Part shown: piece after piece, positions 8,914-18,186 of the stretch | Layout of the letters: the number at the start of each line of letters is the position of its first letter | Position numbering within the stretch: the first letter of the stretch is position 1 | Source: Bacillota bacterium | Lineage (GTDB): Bacteria; Bacillota; Clostridia; Tissierellales; Peptoniphilaceae | Length of the DNA: 64,000 bases | Assembly (NCBI GenBank): GCA_028724185.1 | Contig: JAQYDN010000002.1 | Span: forward strand, 18,979 to 82,978 | Direction: 5' to 3' | The notes under the pieces: model-generated | The model's input: the letters and a program-made list of their open reading frames with translations, nothing else | Told to the model about the DNA's origin: nothing | Database searches by the model: none | Position numbers and translations under genes: made by a program

Positions 8914-9849
8914 TTATTTCGAAAAAGCGGCGAGCAATTGATAGGGACTGTATCCCACGATCACGTCGTCGTCGATGATAATCGTCGGCAATTTTTTAAA
9001 GCCTTTTGCGCGAAATTCCTCACGCGCCTCGGGATCGTTCGAAATATTTTTTTCCGTGTAGGTGGTATGCAAGCTGTCCTTCATAAAGACCTTCGCCATG
9101 TCGCAATAGTTGCAGTCGTCGATCGTGTAAATGACGACGTTTTTATCCTTGTGCACGGGCGGCGTGTAGTCACCAGCGCATGTTGTAATTTTCGCCATCT
9201 CGCTGCGCTTGATGGGGCGATGCGCCCGGAATTGTCCGTCGCTGCCGTACGGCGAGAAGATATTTGCTTCGACGAGTGCCGATACGTAGCCTGCGAGCGG
9301 CACCGGCTGATCGAGTTTGTTTCCGATCGTGCCGAGCTCGTCGGCGTCGCTAAAGTGGAGATTGCTCGTGTCTTCTCTGGGCGCGAGGCGCAGCGCGCGG
9401 GCGTAGTAAGAGGCGATTTCTCCGCGCTCGGGATAGGTCAGGTTCCCGCGATCAAAGCGCCCCGCCTTCGACGCTTCGTTCAACTGTTTCGCCGTAATGA
9501 CATTTTGTTCCAAGGCGTAGGCCGTTGCCTCGAGCGCCCAGTCGTCGACGCCCGATGCCTTGGCGATATCTCCGTAGGACAAGACGGCCTGTTTAATATC
9601 GCCTTCGGACGGATTTTTTATGCCTTGAATCAGGACGAATGTCTCGGAAAGAGAGACCGGCCGATCGGGTTTAAAGCTGCCGTCGGGAAATCCGTGGAGG
9701 ACGCCGGCGTCGGTGAGTTCCGTAATGTAACTGTAGGCCCAGTGATTTGCATCCACGTCTGAAAAAGTCTTGGCTTCGACAAATGTCGCGTGCGCGGCTA
9801 CCATCGCACACGCACACGCGATGACGCCGAATATCTTTGTTTTCTTCAT
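8914..9849 (-). CDS. Secreted SLH-domain protein fused to a C-terminal NrdH/glutaredoxin-like domain (CNYC)
   Basis: Signal peptide ending VEA; three SLH-like repeats (FSDVDANHWAY..GFPDGSFKPDRP; DGQFRAHRPIKRSEMA); C-terminal VVIYTIDDCNYC..EKNIS..KLPTIIIDDDVIVGY. Confidence 0.85.
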   Translation of the reverse strand: MKKTKIFGVIACACAMVAAHATFVEAKTFSDVDANHWAYSYITELTDAGVLHGFPDGSFKPDRPVSLSETFVLIQGIKNPSEGDIKQAVLSYGDIAKASGVDDWALEATAYALEQNVITAKQLNEASKAGRFDRGNLTYPERGEIASYYARALRLAPREDTSNLHFSDADELGTIGNKLDQPVPLAGYVSALVEANIFSPYGSDGQFRAHRPIKRSEMAKITTCAGDYTPPVHKDKNVVIYTIDDCNYCDMAKVFMKDSLHTTYTEKNISNDPEAREEFRAKGFKKLPTIIIDDDVIVGYSPYQLLAAFSK

Positions 9850-9850
9850 G

Positions 9851-10993
9851 TTAACTCCTTTCGTCTTCGACCGAAACGACGAGTTTCGGATCGACGAGAC
9901 GTCGCTGGTGTTCGAGCGTCTCTTCCAGACGCGGTCGAATCACATCGAGCCTTTCGTTCGGAATCTCGCCCGCCAAAGTGGCTCGAGCAGGGACGACCTC
10001 GTAGTGCAGCTTGTCCGTCCAATATTTATCGACATAGAGCGCTTCGGGTTCAAACGCGGCCACTCTCGTTCCCTTTTCATCTTTGACGATATCGGCGCGA
10101 ACCATTTGTCCCATCTCGACGCGGCGATCCGACATATTCTCGCGCCGTTGATTGGAGACGAAATTTCCCATCGAATAGGCAACATAGGTCGTTCCGCGGC
10201 TCCCGGGGATGTTGTCGACGCCCTGCGGGACGTGCGGATGGCTGCCTAAAATCAGCGACACGCCCTGTTCGGCGAGAAATTTCGCCTGCTCTTTTTGTGT
10301 CTCGGTCGGTTCGTTCGTGTACTCCTCACCCCAGTGCATATAGCAGACGACGATGTCGGCGCCGCGTTCGTTTAACCGCGCCATGTCGCGCTCGACGCGT
10401 TCTTTTGAAAAGACGCTTACCGCATACGGCTTGTCGCTCTCCTCGAGCAAGTGATCAAATCCGTTTAATCCGTAGGTGTAGGAGAGAAAGCCGATCTTGA
10501 TACCGTTTACGTCCTTCACGAGCGGATCGGGTTCTTTGGTTTGGGTGCCGATGACATCGAGTCCCGCTTCTTTTAAGTAGTCGTACGTTTTCTCCGTCCC
10601 CTCGCCCTGTTTGTCGTAGGCGTGGTTGTTCGCGGTAGAGATAATATCAAACCCTACCTCTTTTAAGTTGTAAGCGAGCTCCGAGGGCGACGAGAAGACG
10701 GGAAAGGTCGTATAGCCTTTTTCCCCGTCCGTCAACGTCGTCTCTAGATTAATCATAGCAATATCCGCGTCATTAATAAAGGGTTCGACGCCGTTAAAAT
10801 TATCCTTAAAGTCGTAGCCTTCTTCGGTCTGTGCCGCGTTCAACTGCGGTCTGTGAAACATCAAATCTCCGAAGGCGACGATGCGCGCCGTCTTCGGCTC
10901 GACCTGCGCGTCGCGCGCCGCCTCTTCGACGCCCGCGCCGCATCCGGTCAAGAACAAGAATAATAAACATAAGATTGCGATTGGTTTTTTCAA
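9851..10993 (-). CDS. CapA/PgsA family (PGA_cap, metallophosphatase fold) lipoprotein
   Basis: Lipobox LTGC; GDLMFH, NLET, ANNHAYD, MHWG, GSHPHV and YSMGNF motifs; TTG start with RBS GAGGAG. Confidence 0.88.
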   Translation of the reverse strand: MKKPIAILCLLFLFLTGCGAGVEEAARDAQVEPKTARIVAFGDLMFHRPQLNAAQTEEGYDFKDNFNGVEPFINDADIAMINLETTLTDGEKGYTTFPVFSSPSELAYNLKEVGFDIISTANNHAYDKQGEGTEKTYDYLKEAGLDVIGTQTKEPDPLVKDVNGIKIGFLSYTYGLNGFDHLLEESDKPYAVSVFSKERVERDMARLNERGADIVVCYMHWGEEYTNEPTETQKEQAKFLAEQGVSLILGSHPHVPQGVDNIPGSRGTTYVAYSMGNFVSNQRRENMSDRRVEMGQMVRADIVKDEKGTRVAAFEPEALYVDKYWTDKLHYEVVPARATLAGEIPNERLDVIRPRLEETLEHQRRLVDPKLVVSVEDERS

Positions 10994-11021
10994 TGGACGT
11001 CTCCTCGAATGATCTCTCTAC

Positions 11022-11047
11022 AAAAAAAGCGGAGTCTCCTCCGCTTT
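11022..11047 (-). terminator. rnpB terminator
   Basis: AAAGCGGAG-loop-CTCCGCTTT with a T7 tail on the minus strand. Confidence 0.8.
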
Positions 11048-11050
11048 CCT

Positions 11051-11376
11051 CCGACTACGTCTATAAGCCGTGTTTTGTATTCGTTAACTATCTGTCTGGT
11101 CCTTTCGTCGCCGAAAGGCTCAAGCGACCTACCTTACCGGAGGCGACGAGTCTTCGCCTTGATTCCTCTTTGGTCTTGCTTCGAATGGGGTTTACATAGC
11201 CATATAGTCGCCTATATGCTGGTGAGCTCTTACCTCGCCTTTCCACCCTTACCCGTGAAGGCGGTATCTCTCTGTTGCACTAGCCTTGGGGTCGCCCCCA
11301 CCGGACGTTATCCGGCATTCTGACTCTGTGAAGCACGGACTTTCCTCGCATATGCGCAGTTAACCGACGTACTCGG
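11051..11376 (-). ncRNA. rnpB: RNase P RNA (bacterial, type A-like)
   Basis: Minus strand carries GAGGAAAGTCC near the 5' end and ACAAAACACGGCTTAT near the 3' end; P1 pairing CCGAGTACGTC/GACGTAGTCGG; AGTGCAACAGAG and GGTAAACCCC core motifs present. Confidence 0.95.
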
Positions 11377-11382
11377 TTATTT

Positions 11383-11411
11383 ATTTTATCACACATCGCC
11401 CTATATTTCAA
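11383..11411 (-). promoter_or_regulatory. SigA promoter of rnpB
   Basis: TTGAAA-N17-TAAAAT with extended TG; predicted start falls at the P1 5' end (about 11376). Confidence 0.8.
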
Positions 11412-12156
11412 AAACAAAGGGACTGTTCATGATGACGTGGGCCGTCGCGCCGGCGATCTCCTCGACCCACTCGGCCATCGCTTCCAAGATCGCCTTTTCG
11501 CTGTGGAAGTGGCCGATGTCGATGACCATCAGACCGCGCTCGTAGGCCCTCTGGCCGTCGTGGTGCTTCACATCGCCTGTGATCAGAACGTCGGCACCCG
11601 CGCGAGCGGCGTCTTCGATGTAGTCTGCGCCCGAACCGCCGACAAATGCAATGGTTTCGACGACATCTTTTTTTCTGCCGTAACAGCGAATGCCCGTGAT
11701 CTCCTCGTCCTCAAAAATACGCTTCAGTTCATCGAGCGTCTTTGCGCTGCGGCCGATCAACCCGAGTTCGTCTTCTTCCGACAACGTGCGCACGCCGCTA
11801 AGCCCCAGTTTGTCGATCCACTGATCGTTGACGCCGCCCTTGGCCTTATCCATCGCGGTGTGAGTCGAGTACACCGAAATTCCGTGACGTATGAGCGCGC
11901 AGACCATGGCACCCTTGACGCTCGTCTCATCGACCGCCTCGAGGGGAGAAAAGAAGAACGGGTGGTGCGTCAAGATCAACTCCGCTCCCGCCTCGATCGC
12001 GAGGTCGACGACGTCCTCGGTCACGTCCATGGCGACGACGACGTTTTCGACGGTCCTATCTTCCAAGCGAAGTTGCCATCCGGTCTTATCCCACGATTCC
12101 TGCAAGCTTTCCGGCGCCCACTCGCACAATTTATCTACAATTTCTGTACTGTTCAA
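11401..12156 (-). CDS. Nif3-like dinuclear metal center protein (YqfO/YbgI)
   Basis: QESWDKTG, ILTHHPFF, HTAMD, TGDVKHH and DIGHFHSE motifs; TTG start at 12156 preferred over ORF-track 12180 because of GGAGG spacing. Confidence 0.9.
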   Translation of the reverse strand: MNSTEIVDKLCEWAPESLQESWDKTGWQLRLEDRTVENVVVAMDVTEDVVDLAIEAGAELILTHHPFFFSPLEAVDETSVKGAMVCALIRHGISVYSTHTAMDKAKGGVNDQWIDKLGLSGVRTLSEEDELGLIGRSAKTLDELKRIFEDEEITGIRCYGRKKDVVETIAFVGGSGADYIEDAARAGADVLITGDVKHHDGQRAYERGLMVIDIGHFHSEKAILEAMAEWVEEIAGATAHVIMNSPFVFEI

Positions 12157-12802
12157 GATATCCCTCCCATCGTCTGACATCTTCCCTCGCGCGATCGATC
12201 AACTCCCGTTTGCCGCTGGTTTCGACCGCTTTTTCGACCCCGCGAAGTCGCCCCAGCTCCCTTTCCGCCATCGGCAAAAAGAGATCGAAGCGCGTAAAAT
12301 GCTCCCAGTCGACCGTGCATTCCCCGCCTTTTTTCACTTTCAGCACGGGATAATACTTTCCGCGCTCTTCGACGAGATCCGAGGCGAGCAGCTGAAACGC
12401 ATGCGCGTTTAAATATTCGAATAAGTCCTCCGCCCCCTGCATCGGCTGCACGATAAGGTATTCGAGCGCGTCCAGTTTTTTGCCGGCATCTTCTAAAATC
12501 CCGGCGATCAAGTGACCGCCCATCCCGGCGATGATCGCCGCGTCGACTTCCCCCTCGGCGATCGGGGAAAATCCGTCGCCTACCCGGAGGCTGAACCGTT
12601 CGGAGTCGAAACTCTCCGAGAGCAGCGTCTTCGCCTTTTCCAAACTGGGCGCCGAGATGTCCGTCGTGATGACGCGCTCGACCCGTCCGCTCTCTAAAAG
12701 AGCATAGGAGATATAGCCGTGATCACAGCCGATATCTCCTATGCTCTTCGCCTTATCCGCCATGTTAAAGACGCTTTCCAGGCGCTTCGATGCGATTATC
12801 AT
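12131..12802 (-). CDS. trmK: tRNA (adenine22-N1)-methyltransferase
   Basis: [12 protein letters not shown] and IAGMGG motifs; canonical position after rpoD. Confidence 0.92.
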   Translation of the reverse strand: MIIASKRLESVFNMADKAKSIGDIGCDHGYISYALLESGRVERVITTDISAPSLEKAKTLLSESFDSERFSLRVGDGFSPIAEGEVDAAIIAGMGGHLIAGILEDAGKKLDALEYLIVQPMQGAEDLFEYLNAHAFQLLASDLVEERGKYYPVLKVKKGGECTVDWEHFTRFDLFLPMAERELGRLRGVEKAVETSGKRELIDRAREDVRRWEGYLEQYRNCR

Positions 12803-13908
12803 TCGAGGAAATCCTTTAATTTTTTGCTGCGGCTCGGATGGCGCAACTTTCTGAGTGCCTTCGCCTCGATTTGACGGATGCGCTCTCTGGTGACGTCAAA
12901 TTCCTTGCCGACTTCTTCAAGTGTTCTCGCCCGACCGTCTTCGAGTCCGAAGCGTAGGGTCAACACCTGCTTCTCCCGCTCGGTGAGCGTCGTGAGGACG
13001 TCTCCGAGCTGCTCCTTCAACAGGATAAAGGTCGCGGCCTCTTGGGGAGACTGGATGTCATCGTCGGGAATAAAATCGCCTAAATGCGAATCTTCCTCTT
13101 CGCCGATCGGCGTCTCGAGGCTGACCGGTTCCTGGGCGATCTTTTGAATCGCCCTGACTTTATCGACGGTGATGCCCATTTCCTCGGCGATCTCTTCCGG
13201 TTTGGGATCGCGCCCCAAGTCCTGGACGAGTTGTCGTTGAACCCGAACCAGTTTGTTGATCGTCTCTACCATGTGCACGGGAATGCGAATCGTCCTCGCC
13301 TGGTCGGCGATGGCGCGGGTGATGGCTTGGCGGATCCACCACGTCGCGTAGGTCGAAAACTTAAAGCCTTTTTTATAATCAAACTTATCGACGGCTTTCA
13401 TCAGTCCTAAGTTCCCCTCCTGGATCAAGTCCAGGAAACTCATGCCGCGACCTACGTAGCGCTTGGCAATGCTCACGACGAGTCTTAAGTTTGCCTCGGC
13501 GAGTTCTTGTTTGGCGAACTCATCGCCCGCCTCCATGCGCTTTGCGATGGCAACCTCTTCGTCCGGTTCGAGCAAGGGAATCTTGCCGATTTCCTTAAGA
13601 TACATGCGCACGGGATCGTCGACGTTGCCACTTCTGACGTTACTTCCTTCTTTTTTCTTTTTATTGGCCTTCGACTTTTTATCTTCGTGCTCGTCCTCTT
13701 TTAAAATATCGACATTGAGATCTTCGAACTCCGCGTAGAGATCGTCTATTTCATCGCTCGTCAGGTCGACATCTTCGAGTGCATCCACGACTTCTTTCGC
13801 AGTTAAGCTACCGTGTTTAACTCCCTTTTTAAATAATTTTTCGATAGCCGGATCTTTCTCCATGATATGCTCGTCAAATTCGTGAATGTGACCGTTGTTC
13901 GTTGCCAT
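12799..13908 (-). CDS. rpoD: Primary sigma factor SigA/RpoD
   Basis: [46 protein letters not shown] and [13 protein letters not shown]. Confidence 0.98.
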   Translation of the reverse strand: MATNNGHIHEFDEHIMEKDPAIEKLFKKGVKHGSLTAKEVVDALEDVDLTSDEIDDLYAEFEDLNVDILKEDEHEDKKSKANKKKKEGSNVRSGNVDDPVRMYLKEIGKIPLLEPDEEVAIAKRMEAGDEFAKQELAEANLRLVVSIAKRYVGRGMSFLDLIQEGNLGLMKAVDKFDYKKGFKFSTYATWWIRQAITRAIADQARTIRIPVHMVETINKLVRVQRQLVQDLGRDPKPEEIAEEMGITVDKVRAIQKIAQEPVSLETPIGEEEDSHLGDFIPDDDIQSPQEAATFILLKEQLGDVLTTLTEREKQVLTLRFGLEDGRARTLEEVGKEFDVTRERIRQIEAKALRKLRHPSRSKKLKDFLE

Positions 13909-15684
13909 CTAAGCATTATCCTCCTTTTCCATCTCGTGTAATCGCGTATTTATTTCGTTAAGTTCATGTAATTTCTGATCGAGTCGGCGAGCGTCTTCGG
14001 TGGCGCTTCCCGCCGTCTTTTCTATTTCTGCAATGGCTCTAAGCAACTCTCCGCTACGACGTCTTAATCCTTCTTCGTAAATGCGGTCGATAAGCTCATT
14101 GACGATCGCTTCACCGTGTATTAGATCCATACCCTTTGTAAGATAAGAAAAACGCTCAATTAATTCCGGATATGCATCAAATAACCGTTCTTTTCTCTCC
14201 TTATTCGACACGTCCTCGCGATACAACGTCTCGAGCAGTTGAAAAACTTTTCCCTCGCTTTCACTTAAGACATATTTCCACTCGTCCCGCTTCTGAAGGA
14301 TCGCGAAAAAATCTTCATCCTCCAAGGCATATTGGAGCAACCTCATCCATAGGCTCTCTTCGCGGTTTAAATCGCGCGCTTCCCGGTCGCGAGGCGGCCG
14401 CTCCGCGGGAATATTCGTTAACTGCGCCTGAAACGATTCGGGACGAATGCCGTATTTTTCCGCATACTTCGCAGCGAAGACGTCGCGCTCCACGGGACTT
14501 TTTATCTTCGATAAGATGCCGCTCACGTCGTTTAAAAATTCCGAAAGAGACAGGGCGTCGTTTAAATCATAGTTCTTCTCGCGCGTCATCACTTCGTAGT
14601 CGATCGCCGCGAGCCCCCGGCTCAGCTTGCCTTCAAAGGCTATTTTTCCGTACTGTCGGATGTAATCGTCGGGATCGTGCCCGTCCTCCAAGACGACAAT
14701 TTTGGGCTGGATATCTTCCTGAAGCAAGATGTCGATCGCCCGCACCGTCGCCTTTTGCCCGGCGGCGTCGCCGTCATAACAAATATAGACCTGTTTTCCG
14801 TAGCGCTTCATCATCTTCGCCTGTTCGCGCGTAAGCGAGGTCCCGAGGCTCGCCACGGCATAACCGATCCCCTGCGCGTGAAGAGAGATCACATCCATAT
14901 ATCCTTCGACCAGCAGGATTTTTTCGCGGTCGGAGACCTTCATGACGCGGTTTAATCCGTAGAGCTCGCGACTTTTTTTATAGAGGAGCGTATCCGACGA
15001 ATTGAGGTATTTCGGCAGACTGTCGTCCAGGACGCGCCCCCCGAATCCGACCACCTTGGATCTCGTGTCGATGATCGGAAAGATGATGCGGTTTCGGAAG
15101 CGGTCGTAATAGTGACGCCTTTTCTCGTTATAGGACACTAAATTTGCCTCGTACATCTCCTCCGGCTCGTAGCCTTTAGAGAGCAGATGCCCGAGCAACT
15201 GATCGCCTCCGGCCGGCGCAAAGCCCAGGCCGAAGCCCAGGATCATCGAGCGATCGATTCCCCTTTTTTCCAGATAGCGAAGGGCGTAGGGATTGCGACT
15301 CAATATTCTCATATAGTACAGGGCGGACTCCCGATTCATCGCCGCCATCCGCGTCTTCTTCTGTTCCGTCTTGTCGTTACGATAAGCGGGTTTCAACTCG
15401 ATATTTAACGACTCGGCCAATTTTTCAACGGCCTCGATAAAGCCCAACCCCTCTTTTTCCATGAGAAAGTTAATGACGTCGCCACCGACGCCACAACCGA
15501 AACAGTGATAGTATCCCTTTTCCGGCTGAACCGAGAAGGAAGGGGTCTTTTCCGAGTGAAAGGGACATAGGCCCATGTAGCTCCTGCCCTTTTTTTCAAG
15601 CTTCGTGTAGCGACCGATCACCTCGACGATATCGCTCTCTCGTTTGACGCGTTCAATCACCTCATCGTCAATAATCGATGCCAT
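13909..15684 (-). CDS. dnaG: DNA primase
   Basis: CPFHSEKTPSF..CFGC zinc finger; KYLNS; TOPRIM VEGYMDV..CYDGDAAG. Confidence 0.97.
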   Translation of the reverse strand: MASIIDDEVIERVKRESDIVEVIGRYTKLEKKGRSYMGLCPFHSEKTPSFSVQPEKGYYHCFGCGVGGDVINFLMEKEGLGFIEAVEKLAESLNIELKPAYRNDKTEQKKTRMAAMNRESALYYMRILSRNPYALRYLEKRGIDRSMILGFGLGFAPAGGDQLLGHLLSKGYEPEEMYEANLVSYNEKRRHYYDRFRNRIIFPIIDTRSKVVGFGGRVLDDSLPKYLNSSDTLLYKKSRELYGLNRVMKVSDREKILLVEGYMDVISLHAQGIGYAVASLGTSLTREQAKMMKRYGKQVYICYDGDAAGQKATVRAIDILLQEDIQPKIVVLEDGHDPDDYIRQYGKIAFEGKLSRGLAAIDYEVMTREKNYDLNDALSLSEFLNDVSGILSKIKSPVERDVFAAKYAEKYGIRPESFQAQLTNIPAERPPRDREARDLNREESLWMRLLQYALEDEDFFAILQKRDEWKYVLSESEGKVFQLLETLYREDVSNKERKERLFDAYPELIERFSYLTKGMDLIHGEAIVNELIDRIYEEGLRRRSGELLRAIAEIEKTAGSATEDARRLDQKLHELNEINTRLHEMEKEDNA

Positions 15685-15698
15685 CTGCCACCCACTTT

Positions 15699-16724
15699 CT
15701 ACAGACTGTGCCAGTCCTTCGGAACGAAGAGTTGCTTCCAGATATTGATCGCAAAGCGATCCGTCATCCCCGCGATGTAATCGGTGACGATATCGTCGTC
15801 GGAGACATTATGCCGCTCGGCAAATGCCAGGTGTTCCTCGGGAATCGCATCCAAGTGCTTTTTAAAATAGGTAAATAGGTCGACGATCAACCGTCCGACC
15901 TTGCCGTCTTCGCTCTTTACCGCGGGATTATAGTACACCCGCTCGAACATAAACTCCCTGAGGGCGATCATCGCGTCGTAGACGACGGGATCCATCGCAA
16001 TGTATTCTCCTTCGCCGCTCGATTCGATGACACTTCTCACCAGGGTCGTAATGCGCTCCGAGTGACTCGCGCCCAAGGTATCGACGACGTGTTTCGGGAT
16101 ATCCTCCGGAGTCAACACGCCCGCGCGAACGGAATCGTCGATGTCGTGATTTAAATAGGCGATTCGATCGGCAAATTTGATGATCTGTCCCTCCAAGGTG
16201 TGCGCGGGGTTGTCTTTTTGCTCCTTCGAATGGTGCAAGATACCGTCGCGCACCTCCCAGGTCAAGTTCAGACCCTCCCGTCCTGGTTTCGATTCCAACA
16301 GATCGACGACGCGCAGGCTGTGTTTCGCGTGATCGAAACCGTCCGGATGGAGCTGATCGAGCACCGCCTCGCCGGAGTGCCCGAAGGGTGTGTGTCCCAA
16401 GTCATGTCCGAGGGCGATGGCCTCGACGAGGTCTTCGTTTAAACGCAGTCCGCGCGCCATCGTCCGCGCGATCTGGGCGACCTCGAGCGTATGGGTCAGG
16501 CGCGTCCGGTAGTGGTCGCCTTCGGGCGCGATAAAGACGTGCGTCTTATGTTTTAGACGGCGAAAGGCCTTGGAGTGAAGAATCCTATCCCTGTCGCGCT
16601 GATAGCACGTCCTCAAATCACACGGTGCCTCAGCTTGTCTTCGTCCCTTCGAATCGACCGAATGAGCTGCCCGATCGGAAAGAATAACCTCTTCGACCTG
16701 CTCCCAACGCTCCCGTAACAGCAT
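15699..16724 (-). CDS. dgt: Deoxyguanosinetriphosphate triphosphohydrolase (HD domain)
   Basis: RDRDRILHSKAFRRLKHKT, RTRLTHTLEV and HDLGHTPFGHSGE. Confidence 0.93.
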   Translation of the reverse strand: MLLRERWEQVEEVILSDRAAHSVDSKGRRQAEAPCDLRTCYQRDRDRILHSKAFRRLKHKTHVFIAPEGDHYRTRLTHTLEVAQIARTMARGLRLNEDLVEAIALGHDLGHTPFGHSGEAVLDQLHPDGFDHAKHSLRVVDLLESKPGREGLNLTWEVRDGILHHSKEQKDNPAHTLEGQIIKFADRIAYLNHDIDDSVRAGVLTPEDIPKHVVDTLGASHSERITTLVRSVIESSGEGEYIAMDPVVYDAMIALREFMFERVYYNPAVKSEDGKVGRLIVDLFTYFKKHLDAIPEEHLAFAERHNVSDDDIVTDYIAGMTDRFAINIWKQLFVPKDWHSL

Positions 16725-16732
16725 ACAACCTC

Positions 16733-17566
16733 CTAAAATCGCTTAATCATATAGTCGTGGATAATTTCCGCCGTTTCCTCGATGGCTTTGTTCGAGACGT
16801 CGATGATCGTGCACCCGATGTCTTTCATAATTCGGACGGAATAGTCCACCTCTTCCTCGATCCGATCGACGTTTGCATACTTTGCGGAGGAATTGAGCCC
16901 GAGCGCGCGCAAGCGCTCCTCGCGAATCGTGTAGAGTTTTTGGGTATTCGCCACGAGCCCGAACAGGCGGCGATTGTCTTTTTTGTAGACTTCTTTCGGC
17001 ACCGGCACTTCCGGGACGAGCGGCACGTTGGCGACTTTATAGAGTTTGTTGGCAAGATACATCGACAGAGGCGTCTTCGAGGTTCGACTGACGCCGACCA
17101 AGACGATATCCGCCTTGACGATTCCTCTCGGATCCTTGCCGTCGTCGTATTGCACGGCGAATTCAATCGCCTCGACTTTTTTAAAGTAGTTTTCATCCAG
17201 ACGGCGTATCAATCCGGGTTGACGCATCGGCTCGTATCCGAGGATATCTTCCAGTTGATCCATCGGAGGCCCCATGACGTCGATCATGTGGAGATTCAGT
17301 TCCTCCTCTTTTTTGTGGATATACGCGCGCGTATCGACATCGACGTTGGTGTAGACGACGAGGGCGCGCTCCTGTGTAGCCGCTTCTTCGAGAATCGGCT
17401 TAATTTGATCGACGCTGTTGGTATAAGGATACCGCTTGATGAGATAGTTTGTCGTGTCGAATTGCTTCACCGACGCCTTTGCGATCAACTCTCCGGTTTC
17501 TCCGATACTGTCGCTAATGACGTACACCATCAGCAGGCTATCTTTTTGCGATTGGTTAACGTTCAT
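16733..17566 (-). CDS. PPDK/PEPS regulatory kinase-pyrophosphorylase (DUF299, YqfL)
   Basis: ISDSIGETGE, AIEFAVQYDDG and GVSRTSKTPLS motifs. Confidence 0.92.
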   Translation of the reverse strand: MNVNQSQKDSLLMVYVISDSIGETGELIAKASVKQFDTTNYLIKRYPYTNSVDQIKPILEEAATQERALVVYTNVDVDTRAYIHKKEEELNLHMIDVMGPPMDQLEDILGYEPMRQPGLIRRLDENYFKKVEAIEFAVQYDDGKDPRGIVKADIVLVGVSRTSKTPLSMYLANKLYKVANVPLVPEVPVPKEVYKKDNRRLFGLVANTQKLYTIREERLRALGLNSSAKYANVDRIEEEVDYSVRIMKDIGCTIIDVSNKAIEETAEIIHDYMIKRF

Positions 17567-18179
17567 CCTCTCCCCCTAAATCTACCATTAATCGATTGAT
17601 ATTCGTCTTCGTTATGCGTCCGACGACTTTCAACCTGTCGTCGCCTTCCACCACCGGCAACGCGTCGATTTCACCCTTTTCAATCTTGACACAGGCCGTA
17701 TAAATCGAATCCTCCGGCCCGATCGTAATGATATTCGGCATGCGCGTCATAATCAGCGAGATCGGCGTCTTTTCCAAATCAACTTTGCCGATAGCCGAGC
17801 GCAGCAGATCTTTTCTCGAGACACATCCGACGAGATAGCCGTCTTTTGTGATAAAGATCGTGCCGATGTTTTCCAGAAAAATCGAGCAGATAACGTCGTA
17901 CACGCTCATCTTTTCATCCAAGACGACGGGAACGCTCATCACCTCTTCGACCGAAATCGACTCAAGGATGTCTCGCACGTGAATTTTTTCGGGATCGCCC
18001 TTATAGTAATAGCCCACTTTCGGGCGCGCATCCAAATAACCGAGCATGGTCAGGACGCTCAAATCATTGCGTATCGTTCCCCGCGCGAGGTCGAGTATTC
18101 CGGCGATGTCGTCTCCGCTGATAGGCCCCCTCTCCTTCACAATGTCGACAATGTATCCTTGTCGCTCCGTCAGTTTCAT
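17556..18179 (-). CDS. ccpN: HTH plus CBS-pair transcriptional regulator, CcpN-like
   Basis: N-terminal HTH with LDARPKVGYYY, paired CBS domains; position after glyS. Confidence 0.88.
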   Translation of the reverse strand: MKLTERQGYIVDIVKERGPISGDDIAGILDLARGTIRNDLSVLTMLGYLDARPKVGYYYKGDPEKIHVRDILESISVEEVMSVPVVLDEKMSVYDVICSIFLENIGTIFITKDGYLVGCVSRKDLLRSAIGKVDLEKTPISLIMTRMPNIITIGPEDSIYTACVKIEKGEIDALPVVEGDDRLKVVGRITKTNINRLMVDLGGEDER

Positions 18180-18186
18180 TTAACAC

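Noticed and set aside
8836-9762. 308-aa plus-strand ORF antisense to the SLH-redoxin gene
   Set aside because: No recognisable motifs or RBS; a typical shadow ORF produced by GC-rich codon bias on the opposite strand.
11009-11323. 104-aa plus-strand ORF
   Set aside because: It is the antisense of RNase P RNA.
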